NCBI GenBank assembly: GCA_048938105.1
Contig: JBHLMN010000002.1
Location: 288,001-352,000, forward strand
Direction: 5' to 3'
DNA length: 64,000 nucleotides
From: Promethearchaeota archaeon
GTDB lineage: Archaea; Asgardarchaeota; Heimdallarchaeia; Hodarchaeales; Hodarchaeaceae
The position numbers and the translations under genes are program-made. The notes beneath the pieces were generated by a model that saw only the letters and a list, made by a program, of their open reading frames with translations, was not told the origin of the DNA and ran no database searches. This document shows, piece after piece, positions 10,671 through 20,545 of this stretch; the stretch's first letter is position 1, and each line of letters starts with the position of its first letter.

Positions 10671-12008
10671 TTGAAAGACATGCAGGAAGATAAAAAGTGT
10701 AATGATGGGGAAACGGTCTCTGTTTCTCCAACTCAAAAAACGCAAATTCATTTACAACTTTCTGAAAGACTTAATGATTTACCCATACCCCAAGAAATTC
10801 TAAAAAACCTACTTGAAATTTTAGAGAAGCCCTATTGTTTTGATATAATTTTCTTAAGTGATATCTCAGATCCTCCCGAGTTTGTTGCTCGTTTTACTGA
10901 AATTCCTTTAAATGCTGAAGATATTCATTCCTTCCTAATTAATACTCATAGAAAAAAATGGGATTTAAATTCATCCTTTAAGTATCTTAATAACAAAATG
11001 ATTGATTATCAGACCGAATTCAATAAATATGGAATAAAAACTCTCTTCCTCTTTCAAATTAGCACCATTCTTTTTCCAAAATACTATTTAGGTTTTATAA
11101 ACCTTGAAAGCGTCTTAAAACCATCAAAAGATGATTTATATTTTTTTCGTACATTAGCTAACTATATCAACTTATCAATTTCATATTATGAATTAAAATC
11201 GTTGTTTGAAGCCTCTTATGATAAGTTACAGGGTAATGTTGAAAGGTTCCAACGGGAAAATGAACAAAGACGAGAATTACTGCTAAAAGTAAAAGAACAA
11301 ACAAAAGAATTGCAGCAAAAACACACTGAAATGGAGGAATTTGTATATACCATCAGCCACGATCTTAAAACCCCGATTATTTCTATTCAAGGTTTCATTT
11401 CTGCTTTCACTGAAGATTTTGCAGAAGAACTCTCAGATGAAGCTAAATTTTATTTAGATCGTATTGGAAAAAATACAAGTCAAATTGAAAGTATGATTCG
11501 AGAAGTATTGGAATATTCTAGGATAGGAAGAATCACACAAGAAAAAGAGCGATTTGCTTTAAAAGAAATCATTGACGATTCTCTGGCTCAACTTTCACCT
11601 CAAATCCAAGCTGCTAATATTAAAATCGGTTTTAAAGGCGAATTTCCAGAAGTTTTCGCTGAAAAAAATCGAATGCTTCAACTTTGTAGTAATTTAATTG
11701 GTAATAGCATAAAGTACATGGGTGAGCAATTAAAACCGTGTATTGAGTTGGGGGTTAATGATATTGGTTCTAAATATGTCACGATATATATTAAAGACAA
11801 TGGAATGGGAATTCCCGAAAATTTTATTGATAAAGTATTCAATATCTTTGCGAGAGCTAGCAATTTTAAAGGTCATGATATAGAAGGAAGTGGAATTGGA
11901 TTAGCACATTGTAAAAAAATTGTTGAGACCCACGGAGGAAAAATATGGGTAGAAAGTATTGAGAAGAAAGGTACAACGATGTTTTTCAAATTACCTTTAG
12001 CTAAATAA
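10671..12008 (+). CDS. Soluble sensor histidine kinase (degenerate GAF-like, coiled coil, HisKA, HATPase)
   Basis: H box FVYTISHDLKTP, N box NLIGNSIKY, G1 DNGMGI, G2 GSGIGLA. Confidence 0.92.
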   Translation: MKDMQEDKKCNDGETVSVSPTQKTQIHLQLSERLNDLPIPQEILKNLLEILEKPYCFDIIFLSDISDPPEFVARFTEIPLNAEDIHSFLINTHRKKWDLNSSFKYLNNKMIDYQTEFNKYGIKTLFLFQISTILFPKYYLGFINLESVLKPSKDDLYFFRTLANYINLSISYYELKSLFEASYDKLQGNVERFQRENEQRRELLLKVKEQTKELQQKHTEMEEFVYTISHDLKTPIISIQGFISAFTEDFAEELSDEAKFYLDRIGKNTSQIESMIREVLEYSRIGRITQEKERFALKEIIDDSLAQLSPQIQAANIKIGFKGEFPEVFAEKNRMLQLCSNLIGNSIKYMGEQLKPCIELGVNDIGSKYVTIYIKDNGMGIPENFIDKVFNIFARASNFKGHDIEGSGIGLAHCKKIVETHGGKIWVESIEKKGTTMFFKLPLAK

Positions 12009-12034
12009 CAAATTACCAGGAAAAACAGAGTTTC

Positions 12035-12829
12035 TTAGTGACCTTTGTTACTTCTATTTTTTTTTAGAAAACTATCAATTTTAATGAACAGCTCTTCCGA
12101 ATCAGGTTCCACGGTCAGTATATGACCTGATTTAGGCAATTCAAGTATTTCAATGTCAGTACTTGTAGCAAATTTCTGTTCCTTTGCATCAAAAATTGCA
12201 GAAATGGAAATCATGTCGTCAAAGGCACCGTAAGCAATCAAAGTAGGTATGGTAATGCTAATTGGTTGGCTATTTATATGATTGAGAAAACGTGTCAATT
12301 GGATTATTGAAGTAATTGGACGATACATATAGCTGTAGAGGTTATGCTCCTTGAAATATTGGAGAGAGGTTTCCCCCTTATACAAATATTTCTTAAAAAT
12401 TTGCAATAATGGTATTAATTTTATTAGTCGTGATTTCAGAGCAAAAGGTGGTGCTAGAAGGATTAACTTAGGAATATGTGCTTCATGATGTTGATGAACT
12501 AAATAGAAGCATAAAATAGCTCCTAAAGAGATTCCAATTGGGAAAACAGTCTGGCAGAATTCTTTGAGATTTAAATAGCCAGTTTCCACAGATTTATACC
12601 AATCATGCCAGGTGAATTTAGATAATTCTCTATAATTTGTACCATGCCCCGCTAATCGTATCCCGTGAACTGTATAGCCTTTTTTATGGAGAAATTTGCC
12701 TAGGGGCAGTGTTTCTGTGGGGGATGCTGTAAAACCATGTACCAACAACACCCCAACTTCGGATCCCTCAAAATAAAATGGTTTAGCAAGAGGTTTTAAC
12801 GATTCTAATTCATTGAAATCATTTTTCAT
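12035..12829 (-). CDS. Alpha/beta-fold carboxylesterase / monoacylglycerol lipase
   Basis: LLVHGFTASP, GHGT, nucleophile GISLG, DDMI, SGH. Confidence 0.9.
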   Translation of the reverse strand: MKNDFNELESLKPLAKPFYFEGSEVGVLLVHGFTASPTETLPLGKFLHKKGYTVHGIRLAGHGTNYRELSKFTWHDWYKSVETGYLNLKEFCQTVFPIGISLGAILCFYLVHQHHEAHIPKLILLAPPFALKSRLIKLIPLLQIFKKYLYKGETSLQYFKEHNLYSYMYRPITSIIQLTRFLNHINSQPISITIPTLIAYGAFDDMISISAIFDAKEQKFATSTDIEILELPKSGHILTVEPDSEELFIKIDSFLKKNRSNKGH

Positions 12830-12912
12830 CAACTTTACACCGATAAACATAATATTTTGGTTTTATAAGTCATGGAGATAAAGACTAAAAGAAATATAAA
12901 AGCTAAAGAACA

Positions 12913-12929
12913 TTCAAGAATTGTTTAAC
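12913..12929. promoter_or_regulatory. Putative operator, copy 1 (TTCAAGAATTGTTTAAC)
   Basis: Matches copies at 15296 and 15479; lies just downstream of a TATA-like ATATAAAA (~12894-12901). Confidence 0.5.
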
Positions 12930-12977
12930 AAATGCAATTTAAACTTGTGTGAGAAATTTCAATCGAGAGGATCTAGT

Positions 12978-14354
12978 GTGAACTACAAAGTTATTATCAC
13001 TAACGAGAAGATATCAACTGTTCTCTTGGTAATAATACTTTGTTTAAGCAATCTGATTCTATTGAGAGCTAAAGCCGACATTCAAGCACCTACTAGTCAA
13101 CAATATCCGATTAAAATTGAACAAAGTGAAATTCCCCTTTTTGGTGGGATTCAATCTGTTCGTGCGATTTTTGGTGAAAGTACAATTGGTGTCCTATATG
13201 GTACAATCGATAATCCTCAACCACTTTACCTATTTACTGAATTCTCACAAAAAATCGCTACAGTACAGATTTTTAATCGTCGTGGAACTTTAGAAAAAGA
13301 GATAGAATTGAATGTCCAAAATATATTTGCATTTCGACTGGATGCAATAATCGAATTCTCTGATAGGAATAACGATGGTTTGTACACTGCTTTACAAGAC
13401 CGAACACCTCTAAAAATGGTAAACCTATCAGCTGTTTCGTTCCATATTGCAAAGAAGAATGAAAGTTCAAGTTCTTCTGGAGATGACATTGAATATAAGG
13501 TGAGGTTTACCGCAAGGGACATCTCCTATCAAAGGATTAACGACTCTCCTATCAGATCAACTTTAGATAGTCTTTGTTTTTCTTTTGAACTGACAATCAA
13601 GCAAGACCAAGTATTAATATCTGAAGTTCCAATTATCACTATTCATCCACAAGAATTCGGTTTTCATGCTTCTAAAAATGTTAATAGCGAAGATTTACCT
13701 GCAAATCGCTTAACCCCTCGATTGAAATTTTCCTGTAACATCACAGGATGGGATTATTCTTCATCCAAATCGAAACTCTTGTTAAAAAATGTAATAATAA
13801 CACATGAGCAAATCTTGACGACATTAGGAGCAATATCTGGTAAACAAATAACTCGTGAGGCTCTAAAATCAACTAATATCTTCAGCAGATTGGCATTTAA
13901 CGTTGAAAAAGACGGAGGATATAAAAAATCATATTTAGACCACAAAGAAAATCGTACCAAAGAATATACTATTCGTAAATTTTCTAATTTTCAAATTTCT
14001 TTAGGAAATTCAATAAGGAATTTTCTTAATCTAACTTGGTTTCCTACTCTTGATGTAGACAGAAAGGATTATCCTATGGTTTTTCAGTTATTGAGATCTG
14101 GTGAAACAGACTTTCGTTTTCATCACGCTAACCCGCAAACATGTCTCTATCTAATTGGTGGATTCATTTTTCCTCAAGGAGAAGAAATTTTTTATGACCC
14201 TGATGTCCAGCTAGAAGAATTAAATCCCATTTTCTCTATACCTAAGATACCAAATCGTTCAATATTAGAAGAAAATAGTCTAATGATATTGATTTCGGGA
14301 TTCTTTATAGGTATTTTAATCTTATTCCGTCAACTTACCTATAGACGGAGATAA
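12978..14354 (+). CDS. Membrane-anchored surface protein A (signal peptide, beta-rich ectodomain, C-terminal TM + RRR)
   Basis: GTG start with GAGG RBS; hydrophobic N-terminus; IIEFSDRNNDG, LKFSCNITGW and YDP motifs; C-terminal TM. Confidence 0.7.
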   Translation: MNYKVIITNEKISTVLLVIILCLSNLILLRAKADIQAPTSQQYPIKIEQSEIPLFGGIQSVRAIFGESTIGVLYGTIDNPQPLYLFTEFSQKIATVQIFNRRGTLEKEIELNVQNIFAFRLDAIIEFSDRNNDGLYTALQDRTPLKMVNLSAVSFHIAKKNESSSSSGDDIEYKVRFTARDISYQRINDSPIRSTLDSLCFSFELTIKQDQVLISEVPIITIHPQEFGFHASKNVNSEDLPANRLTPRLKFSCNITGWDYSSSKSKLLLKNVIITHEQILTTLGAISGKQITREALKSTNIFSRLAFNVEKDGGYKKSYLDHKENRTKEYTIRKFSNFQISLGNSIRNFLNLTWFPTLDVDRKDYPMVFQLLRSGETDFRFHHANPQTCLYLIGGFIFPQGEEIFYDPDVQLEELNPIFSIPKIPNRSILEENSLMILISGFFIGILILFRQLTYRRR

Positions 14355-14405
14355 TCAACTAGGATGTTCACCTAAGGTTAGTGAATCAATCGAGGATTAG
14401 TCAGT

Positions 14406-15293
14406 ATGACTGAGAATGAGGAGTATTCAGAAGTTGAATCAAAATCACTTCATAATATATATGCAGCCTTAGGTCATGCTATTCGTTATGACATTGTTAA
14501 TTATCTAGGAGCATTTCATAGACCTGTTAATTATTCAGAATTAGTAGAATGGCTACAGATAAAACCTGGTTCTTTCTACTTCCATATGAAAAAATTAAAA
14601 GATTTAGTTAAACAAAATTCAGAAAAGCGTTTTTACTTAACGTCTGAAGGCCAATTAGCTTTAGAATTAATAAGATCAGGAGAGAGGTTGCAATCTGGAT
14701 CTCAAATTTCCGTTGAAGACTCGAAAAGAGAAGAAATAATTCCTCCCAAGCGATTTTCGATTGTTTTCTTTGGTGAATTTGTTCGTAGATCAGCATTTAA
14801 TTTTCAATTCAAACTAATTATACTACTGATAGTTCTAATACAAATATTTCTACTTGATTTTTCGAGATTAGGAACGGTTCCTTTTTATCTTGATGGAAAT
14901 CTATACTATGGGACTTTAGGTTGTATTATTGAATTACTTGGATCTTACATAGTAGTCTGGGCTCTTTTAGAAATTGTGATACGTTTTTATAGCCCAATTA
15001 AAAACTTCTCAAACGAACTCTTAACAGGGATTCCATTAGCAATGATACCACTATTTACTTATCCGCTATTAGTAATTTTAGCAGATAATATTCAATTTTT
15101 GGGGGATATTGTTTCACATTCAGCATTATCTATTAGTATTATCTTCTTTCTACAGATAATAACTGCAATTTTCTTGGTTCAATTATTACAGGTAATTAAA
15201 TCTGTTAATTTTGAAAGAGCTTTGGTACCTGTGTTCATTGTCCTTTATGGTTTCAGTATCTTGAGTTTCATTATTTCTAATCTTCCATTCTAA
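14406..15293 (+). CDS. ArsR-like wHTH fused to a multipass (Yip1-like) membrane domain
   Basis: ALGHAIRYDIV...GSFYFHMKKL...FYLTSEG wHTH followed by about 5 hydrophobic segments. Confidence 0.82.
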   Translation: MTENEEYSEVESKSLHNIYAALGHAIRYDIVNYLGAFHRPVNYSELVEWLQIKPGSFYFHMKKLKDLVKQNSEKRFYLTSEGQLALELIRSGERLQSGSQISVEDSKREEIIPPKRFSIVFFGEFVRRSAFNFQFKLIILLIVLIQIFLLDFSRLGTVPFYLDGNLYYGTLGCIIELLGSYIVVWALLEIVIRFYSPIKNFSNELLTGIPLAMIPLFTYPLLVILADNIQFLGDIVSHSALSISIIFFLQIITAIFLVQLLQVIKSVNFERALVPVFIVLYGFSILSFIISNLPF

Positions 15294-15313
15294 AGTTCAA
15301 TACTTGTTGAACT
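15294..15313. promoter_or_regulatory. Inverted repeat AGTTCAA-N6-TTGAACT, putative operator copy 2
   Basis: 7-bp perfect arms; core TTCAATACTTGTTGAAC matches the other copies (could alternatively be a terminator hairpin). Confidence 0.5.
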
Positions 15314-15454
15314 CGTGTTAACAGACATTACAATGTGTTTATTCATTTTCCTTGCTTTTATTCATACAAATATCACTCCCTAGGCGTTCTATTCATTTTT
15401 TATTACATAAAAGGCTACTGATACACTACTAAACAAATCTAATAGCTATTTTCA

Positions 15455-15508
15455 GTTCAAAATGCTGAACCGAGGGATTTCAACATTTGTATAACACATT
15501 GTTCAAGA
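15455..15508. promoter_or_regulatory. Cluster of related sites upstream of surface protein B
   Basis: GTTCA-N6-TGAAC (15455-15470), TTCAACATTTGTATAAC (15479-15495), half site GTTCAAGA (15501). Confidence 0.45.
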
Positions 15509-15592
15509 GAATGGAATTTACTAATTTAATCACAACATAAAGCTTAGATTGACACTATAAAGAAAAAAATCAAACAAAAATGGTGAAAAACT

Positions 15593-17479
15593 TTGATGAT
15601 TGAAAATAAATTTAAAAAGAGTCTGTTTTGGTTTCTGGTTGCAGCCTCACTCTTTGGAACATCAGTCATATCGAGTGTTGGTTCTTCTAGTATAACGCCA
15701 ATACCTGTGGAACGTCCTCAGGGGATTAGAATGAATCAAATGCACAATAGATTTCTTTGGTTAATTCGTAGCATGCAGAGTGCTGGTTTTACTCCTGATA
15801 ATGTTTTTTATGGTGTATATGATAGTGTTGGCACATATAGCTATTCTATCGTCGATGAAAGAGAACGAGAAGTTACGATACCCCTTGATGATCTTATAGT
15901 TTTATTAAATATAACAATTAATCGTCTAGAAGAGATTGGTACAGATTCAGATGCATTAATATACCTTAATGATCTATATACTGAACTTCTCGCTCATGAC
16001 GAAGTAATCATCTATCATAAGGTTGATTCTGATTTATCAGTTGCTAGTAGTCACGATCGTAAGGCAGTAACAATTTTTTATGACAATGATCGAAGTGTAC
16101 TTGATACTTTTGACAAAATAAAGAACAATGAAACCATTACTGAACAACCTTTTTCTGGAGATGAAATTCTTACAAATATTTTCATGTCATTAATTCGAGA
16201 TGAAATCAGTGGATCTTATGAGGTCATTAACACTTGGGAATATGAGAATGGATCTGACGCAGCATTATTGAAAGATTTCATTCGTCGTATCACTAATAAT
16301 CGATGGCTTTATTCCGAGGCGAGACTTCTATATAGACTTCCTATAATCAATAAAATGCGAATCATGGTTCAAGAGACCAACTCTTGGTATGCATCTGAGG
16401 AAGATCCTAGAGTACTTGAATACGGTCGTTTTGAAATCTCTCAATTGTTAATCGATAAGTTAAATTTGCGGAAAGTAGGCCAAAATCTTGTTATTAATGA
16501 ATATGATTATACATACATGGAACATCACCTGTTAGGTAGTTTAGTATATAATGACACCAATGAGAATGGAATGATGGATATTGGGGTAGAAACTATCCCC
16601 GTAGGCAATTACAACCTTGCTTATCCAACAATCGGTGATGAGGCTCAATACCGTTTTGATATCAAAGATATTAACTCCAGAACTTATTTGATGCCACAAA
16701 CTACAGACAATATGCTCGAATTTGGATCAGAGTTTGAAGATGTAGTTGGCTATTTACTACCCATTGAGAGAAAACAAGATGACAGTCTATTTGATATTTC
16801 CGCAGGCCAAGCGTACAACGTGGATGAAATTTCTACTCTTTTTCATTTCTCTGTAAATAATACAGATGGAAGTGTTAATTTAAAGTTCGATTATATCATT
16901 GGAAATTGGAATAACAGTGAATCTCTAGAAGGATTAGGATTTAGTCAATTAATGGCTTCAACAGTTGTGGATGCTCATAGGACACGAACATTCCAGTGGA
17001 GGAATGAGAATAATGCTGAATTAGGAGATACTGATGAAAATGCTTCTAAGATATCACGATTTCGACTAGCATCTGCAGAAGGACAGTTCGGTGAAATCCG
17101 TCTTGATGACATTCCATATTTATGGGGCGATACACAAGAAAAAGCGAATGCTGTTGGCCAATTAGTCCCTATGAGTTTAATAGATGTTACTTATGGGCGA
17201 ATCTCAAGTGAGGCTGATTTAATCCGCACTATTAGTGGTGATATCACTCGAAGAACTTTTCTGTACTCAGTATCTTACCCTAAATGGGATGGTAAGAGCA
17301 TTACTCATGATCCTGCGTTTGCTGCAGTTGGGGGTTTAGCTGCTGAAGCTTCAAACACTTCTGAAACTCAACCTCCATCAGATGTGGAGAGCGGTATTCC
17401 AGGTTTTGAGCTTGCATCGGTCTTTCTTTCAATTCCAATACTAGCTCTTATAGAAGTATATAGACGGAAGTACAAATGA
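15593..17479 (+). CDS. Surface (glyco)protein B with PGF-CTERM-like sorting signal
   Basis: Signal peptide; YNDTNENG, LKFDYIIGNW and HDP motifs; several N-x-S/T sequons; ends in S/T/P linker-IPGF-TM-RRKYK. Confidence 0.78.
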   Translation: MMIENKFKKSLFWFLVAASLFGTSVISSVGSSSITPIPVERPQGIRMNQMHNRFLWLIRSMQSAGFTPDNVFYGVYDSVGTYSYSIVDEREREVTIPLDDLIVLLNITINRLEEIGTDSDALIYLNDLYTELLAHDEVIIYHKVDSDLSVASSHDRKAVTIFYDNDRSVLDTFDKIKNNETITEQPFSGDEILTNIFMSLIRDEISGSYEVINTWEYENGSDAALLKDFIRRITNNRWLYSEARLLYRLPIINKMRIMVQETNSWYASEEDPRVLEYGRFEISQLLIDKLNLRKVGQNLVINEYDYTYMEHHLLGSLVYNDTNENGMMDIGVETIPVGNYNLAYPTIGDEAQYRFDIKDINSRTYLMPQTTDNMLEFGSEFEDVVGYLLPIERKQDDSLFDISAGQAYNVDEISTLFHFSVNNTDGSVNLKFDYIIGNWNNSESLEGLGFSQLMASTVVDAHRTRTFQWRNENNAELGDTDENASKISRFRLASAEGQFGEIRLDDIPYLWGDTQEKANAVGQLVPMSLIDVTYGRISSEADLIRTISGDITRRTFLYSVSYPKWDGKSITHDPAFAAVGGLAAEASNTSETQPPSDVESGIPGFELASVFLSIPILALIEVYRRKYK

Positions 17480-17521
17480 TTCTAGTGTTACTTTTCAAAA
17501 AAAGGATGTTGGACTGGTTCT

Positions 17522-18652
17522 TTAAAGACTATTCCACTCTTTCCTCTTTTTTTTTAATTGATTCTCATACGAATGGTATTTCCATCTGGGATGAAATACT
17601 TGTGGACCAAATACATCTAATCCCTTTTTAGTTTTCCAGATGGAGGCGCTTGCTTTGGCAAAAACTGCCACTTCACGATTCTTTTTAAAATCGTCAGTCC
17701 AAGGAGTTAAACCTTTCCCTGAAAAGCGATCTACAATTAACAAACTATCAGGGCAAGTAATATATTCTTTTCCATCCAACCATGATAATAAATACTCATT
17801 TTGGTACCAAACCTTTAAAGAATGATGATTCGATCTCAAGGTAATTGTACCTGAGGTGAAACCTCCACTATCAGTTCTCGTAAAATCCTCCACTATACCA
17901 GTGAAAATAAGAGAAGCGTCTAAAACTCTTTTGATAATGGGAATAGGATCGAGGTTTTTTTCAGCGACTTCGCGGAGTTCACGCCCTAGCTGGATTGCTA
18001 GGGAAATACTTCCTCTGACTACACCTTTTTGACAGTCTGATGCCGTCATAGGGCACCTAGCAACCGCTATTGTCCCATCACATAATCTTGAGATCATACG
18101 ACATATGTCTTCGGCCCTCTTGTCGGAAATAGTGTCCTTTAAGATCATTCGATCTCCATAAGCGCTGACGATAGCAAGTGGAGTAATTGAAATACCAACC
18201 ACAGTAGTTGTACTAATTGAAATCATTGGCTTGGAACGCCCAGCACACATGTCACCATCCACAATAACACGATCTAGAAGACTCCCAACGTATAATGGGA
18301 TCACAATATTTCCTGGTCCCATCTCTGTTGAGACAAAACCAGCGAAGTGAGTTCCTAAGTGTTTTTCTAGTTCATTAACGGCTTCAACCATGACGTTGGT
18401 CGATGTAATGGGTATATTTTCAATAAATTTTTTATCTTGAGAAGATATACCTCCTCCTACCATCCCTATAATGCATATAAAGTCATTTGGTTTGAATTCT
18501 ATAATATCTTGTATTCGAAAACTTTTTCCTTGAGAATAAATTTCATCGATTCGCTTTTTAGCAAGAATAGGATCACCCCCTCCGCCTGTGCAAAGGATTT
18601 GTGCACCTTCGACCAAATATACGGCTTCACTATTTGTTAATTCTCGAGACAA
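17522..18652 (-). CDS. DUF917 family protein
   Basis: GAQILCTGGGGDP, EMGPGN, VDGDMCAGRSKP, QNEYL and TCPD motifs; GGAGG RBS before TTG. Confidence 0.85.
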   Translation of the reverse strand: MSRELTNSEAVYLVEGAQILCTGGGGDPILAKKRIDEIYSQGKSFRIQDIIEFKPNDFICIIGMVGGGISSQDKKFIENIPITSTNVMVEAVNELEKHLGTHFAGFVSTEMGPGNIVIPLYVGSLLDRVIVDGDMCAGRSKPMISISTTTVVGISITPLAIVSAYGDRMILKDTISDKRAEDICRMISRLCDGTIAVARCPMTASDCQKGVVRGSISLAIQLGRELREVAEKNLDPIPIIKRVLDASLIFTGIVEDFTRTDSGGFTSGTITLRSNHHSLKVWYQNEYLLSWLDGKEYITCPDSLLIVDRFSGKGLTPWTDDFKKNREVAVFAKASASIWKTKKGLDVFGPQVFHPRWKYHSYENQLKKKRKEWNSL

Positions 18653-18807
18653 TCTTGTTACCTCCTAAGTCAGAAATTTCCTAAATTTCCTATAAATTAT
18701 AATAATTGGTAATAACTTCATTTGATGATATTCATATAATTGAAAAATTTGTTTCAGATTGTGTGAAAAGATAGCTTTTTCATCTAGAAAAACTAATTCT
18801 AGATACC

Positions 18808-19977
18808 ATGAAAACATGGTTTGAAATCGTCCCTGAACTTAATCTCCACTTGAAAAGATTAACCCCAAATCAGGTTAACGACATTATTGAGTTTGCTAAA
18901 ACAAATCACTGGGAGACAAAGGATTTTCACCAGATTTCGCAAGAACTTGAAGAATTCATCCACACTCGTCCAGTTAATGAACCCCAATATTCCGAATTAT
19001 TATATCTTCAAGCTAAAATCCTTTTCTTAGCGGGAAATTTAGTAAAGCTAAACAATCTTTTCACATTAACGACTGCTACGCAAAATGTTCCTGGTGTTCA
19101 ATTATTTTATGCCCTAGGATTAGCCTTTCAAGCCCATTCAAAGGAAGGCTTGGAAATCTTGGAACACATTGACTTGAATTTATATGAGAATGATCTAGTC
19201 GTGAAGTTGGAGATACAGAGTGCAACTCTCTTTATTTATTCAATTAAACGTGATTATTTGACTGTTTCCAATTATTTTAACGAAATATATAATTCTATAG
19301 CTTCTACAAGCGGATTTTCTGATGAGACTAAAGCTCACTTATTACCTTGGGCATACTTACGTCAAGCTTACTCTCTCCGTGCACGAGGAAAGATTTTCGA
19401 AGCAATGGAACTGATTGATAGTTGTTATAATCATTTACAATCTTTTCCCCACAGATTTTTCCAAGTTATGGCATTTACACTAATGGGTCATTGTCATCAC
19501 AACTTAGGTAATATTAACAGAGCATTAGAATTCTATGATCAAGCTATTGATATCGCCGTTGAGATTCAGAGTTGGATTCTTCTATCAATCCTCTATAATC
19601 GGGTAGCTTTGGCAATGATGGCCCAAAAAAAACCTAACTTGGCCAGAAGGTATTTCAAAGAAGCAATAACGCAAGCTAGGCAGTCAGGTGCAAATTGGCT
19701 TGTAATCGGACCATTAGTAAACTTGGCTCAGTATAAACTTGCTGAAGGAAAAATAAATGAAGCAATAGATGATTATCATCAATTTATAGAAGTTGCTTCT
19801 GGAACTGGTGATGAGAGGGAGTTATGTTACGCACAATTAACGCTCGCAGAGCTTTATAAGGGGATTGGTGATATACCTAAGTCTAAATATTTCTTATCTG
19901 AAGGCTTTAAACTTGCATTGAAGTTGGGAATATTCCGGACAATCTCGCGTCCTGAAGATGAAGCGAATTATAATTAG
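18808..19977 (+). CDS. Tetratricopeptide-repeat protein (MalT-type TPR)
   Basis: MGHCHHNLGNINRALEFYDQAI and similar repeats. Confidence 0.8.
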   Translation: MKTWFEIVPELNLHLKRLTPNQVNDIIEFAKTNHWETKDFHQISQELEEFIHTRPVNEPQYSELLYLQAKILFLAGNLVKLNNLFTLTTATQNVPGVQLFYALGLAFQAHSKEGLEILEHIDLNLYENDLVVKLEIQSATLFIYSIKRDYLTVSNYFNEIYNSIASTSGFSDETKAHLLPWAYLRQAYSLRARGKIFEAMELIDSCYNHLQSFPHRFFQVMAFTLMGHCHHNLGNINRALEFYDQAIDIAVEIQSWILLSILYNRVALAMMAQKKPNLARRYFKEAITQARQSGANWLVIGPLVNLAQYKLAEGKINEAIDDYHQFIEVASGTGDERELCYAQLTLAELYKGIGDIPKSKYFLSEGFKLALKLGIFRTISRPEDEANYN

Positions 19978-20115
19978 GATTGAATGACTGAAATACTTCA
20001 GAAATAGTGGAAATAGTCAGAAATCGCATCAAAAATATCTTAATTAATTCCTTAGAAACATTCCTGAATAGTAGCTAGGGTTGAATCATCCGAATTAAAC
20101 TGAATTTTGGTTTGA

Positions 20116-20544
20116 ATGGAGCCAAAAACATTGACCTATGAATATTTTGAACATCAAGCTGACATAGGTATTCGAGGGAGAGGTAAAACCCTTGCGGAAG
20201 CTTTTGAGCAGGCTGCTTTAGCAATGTTTGAGATTATGGTGGAAACAAAAGATCTTCAAGTTACCGAACCTAAATTAGTTGAAATTGAAGGGAGTGATCT
20301 TAATGATTTGCTAATTGCATGGTTAAGTGAATTACTCTTTCTCAAAGATGTAGAAGGAAAAATGTTTTCACGCTTTGAAATTAACAGTATGTCAGAGAAT
20401 AGAATTATTGCTCAAATCTATGGTGAAACAATCGATCCATCTCGACATAAGTTAAAGCTTGAAGTGAAAGCTGCTACATATACCCAGCTAAAGATAGAAA
20501 AGAATAACGAAAATTGGATTGCACAATGTTTGGTGGATGTTTAA
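20116..20544 (+). CDS. Archease
   Basis: YEYFEHQADIGIRG...EVKAATY...CLVDV; directly upstream of rtcB. Confidence 0.96.
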   Translation: MEPKTLTYEYFEHQADIGIRGRGKTLAEAFEQAALAMFEIMVETKDLQVTEPKLVEIEGSDLNDLLIAWLSELLFLKDVEGKMFSRFEINSMSENRIIAQIYGETIDPSRHKLKLEVKAATYTQLKIEKNNENWIAQCLVDV

Positions 20545-20545
20545 T

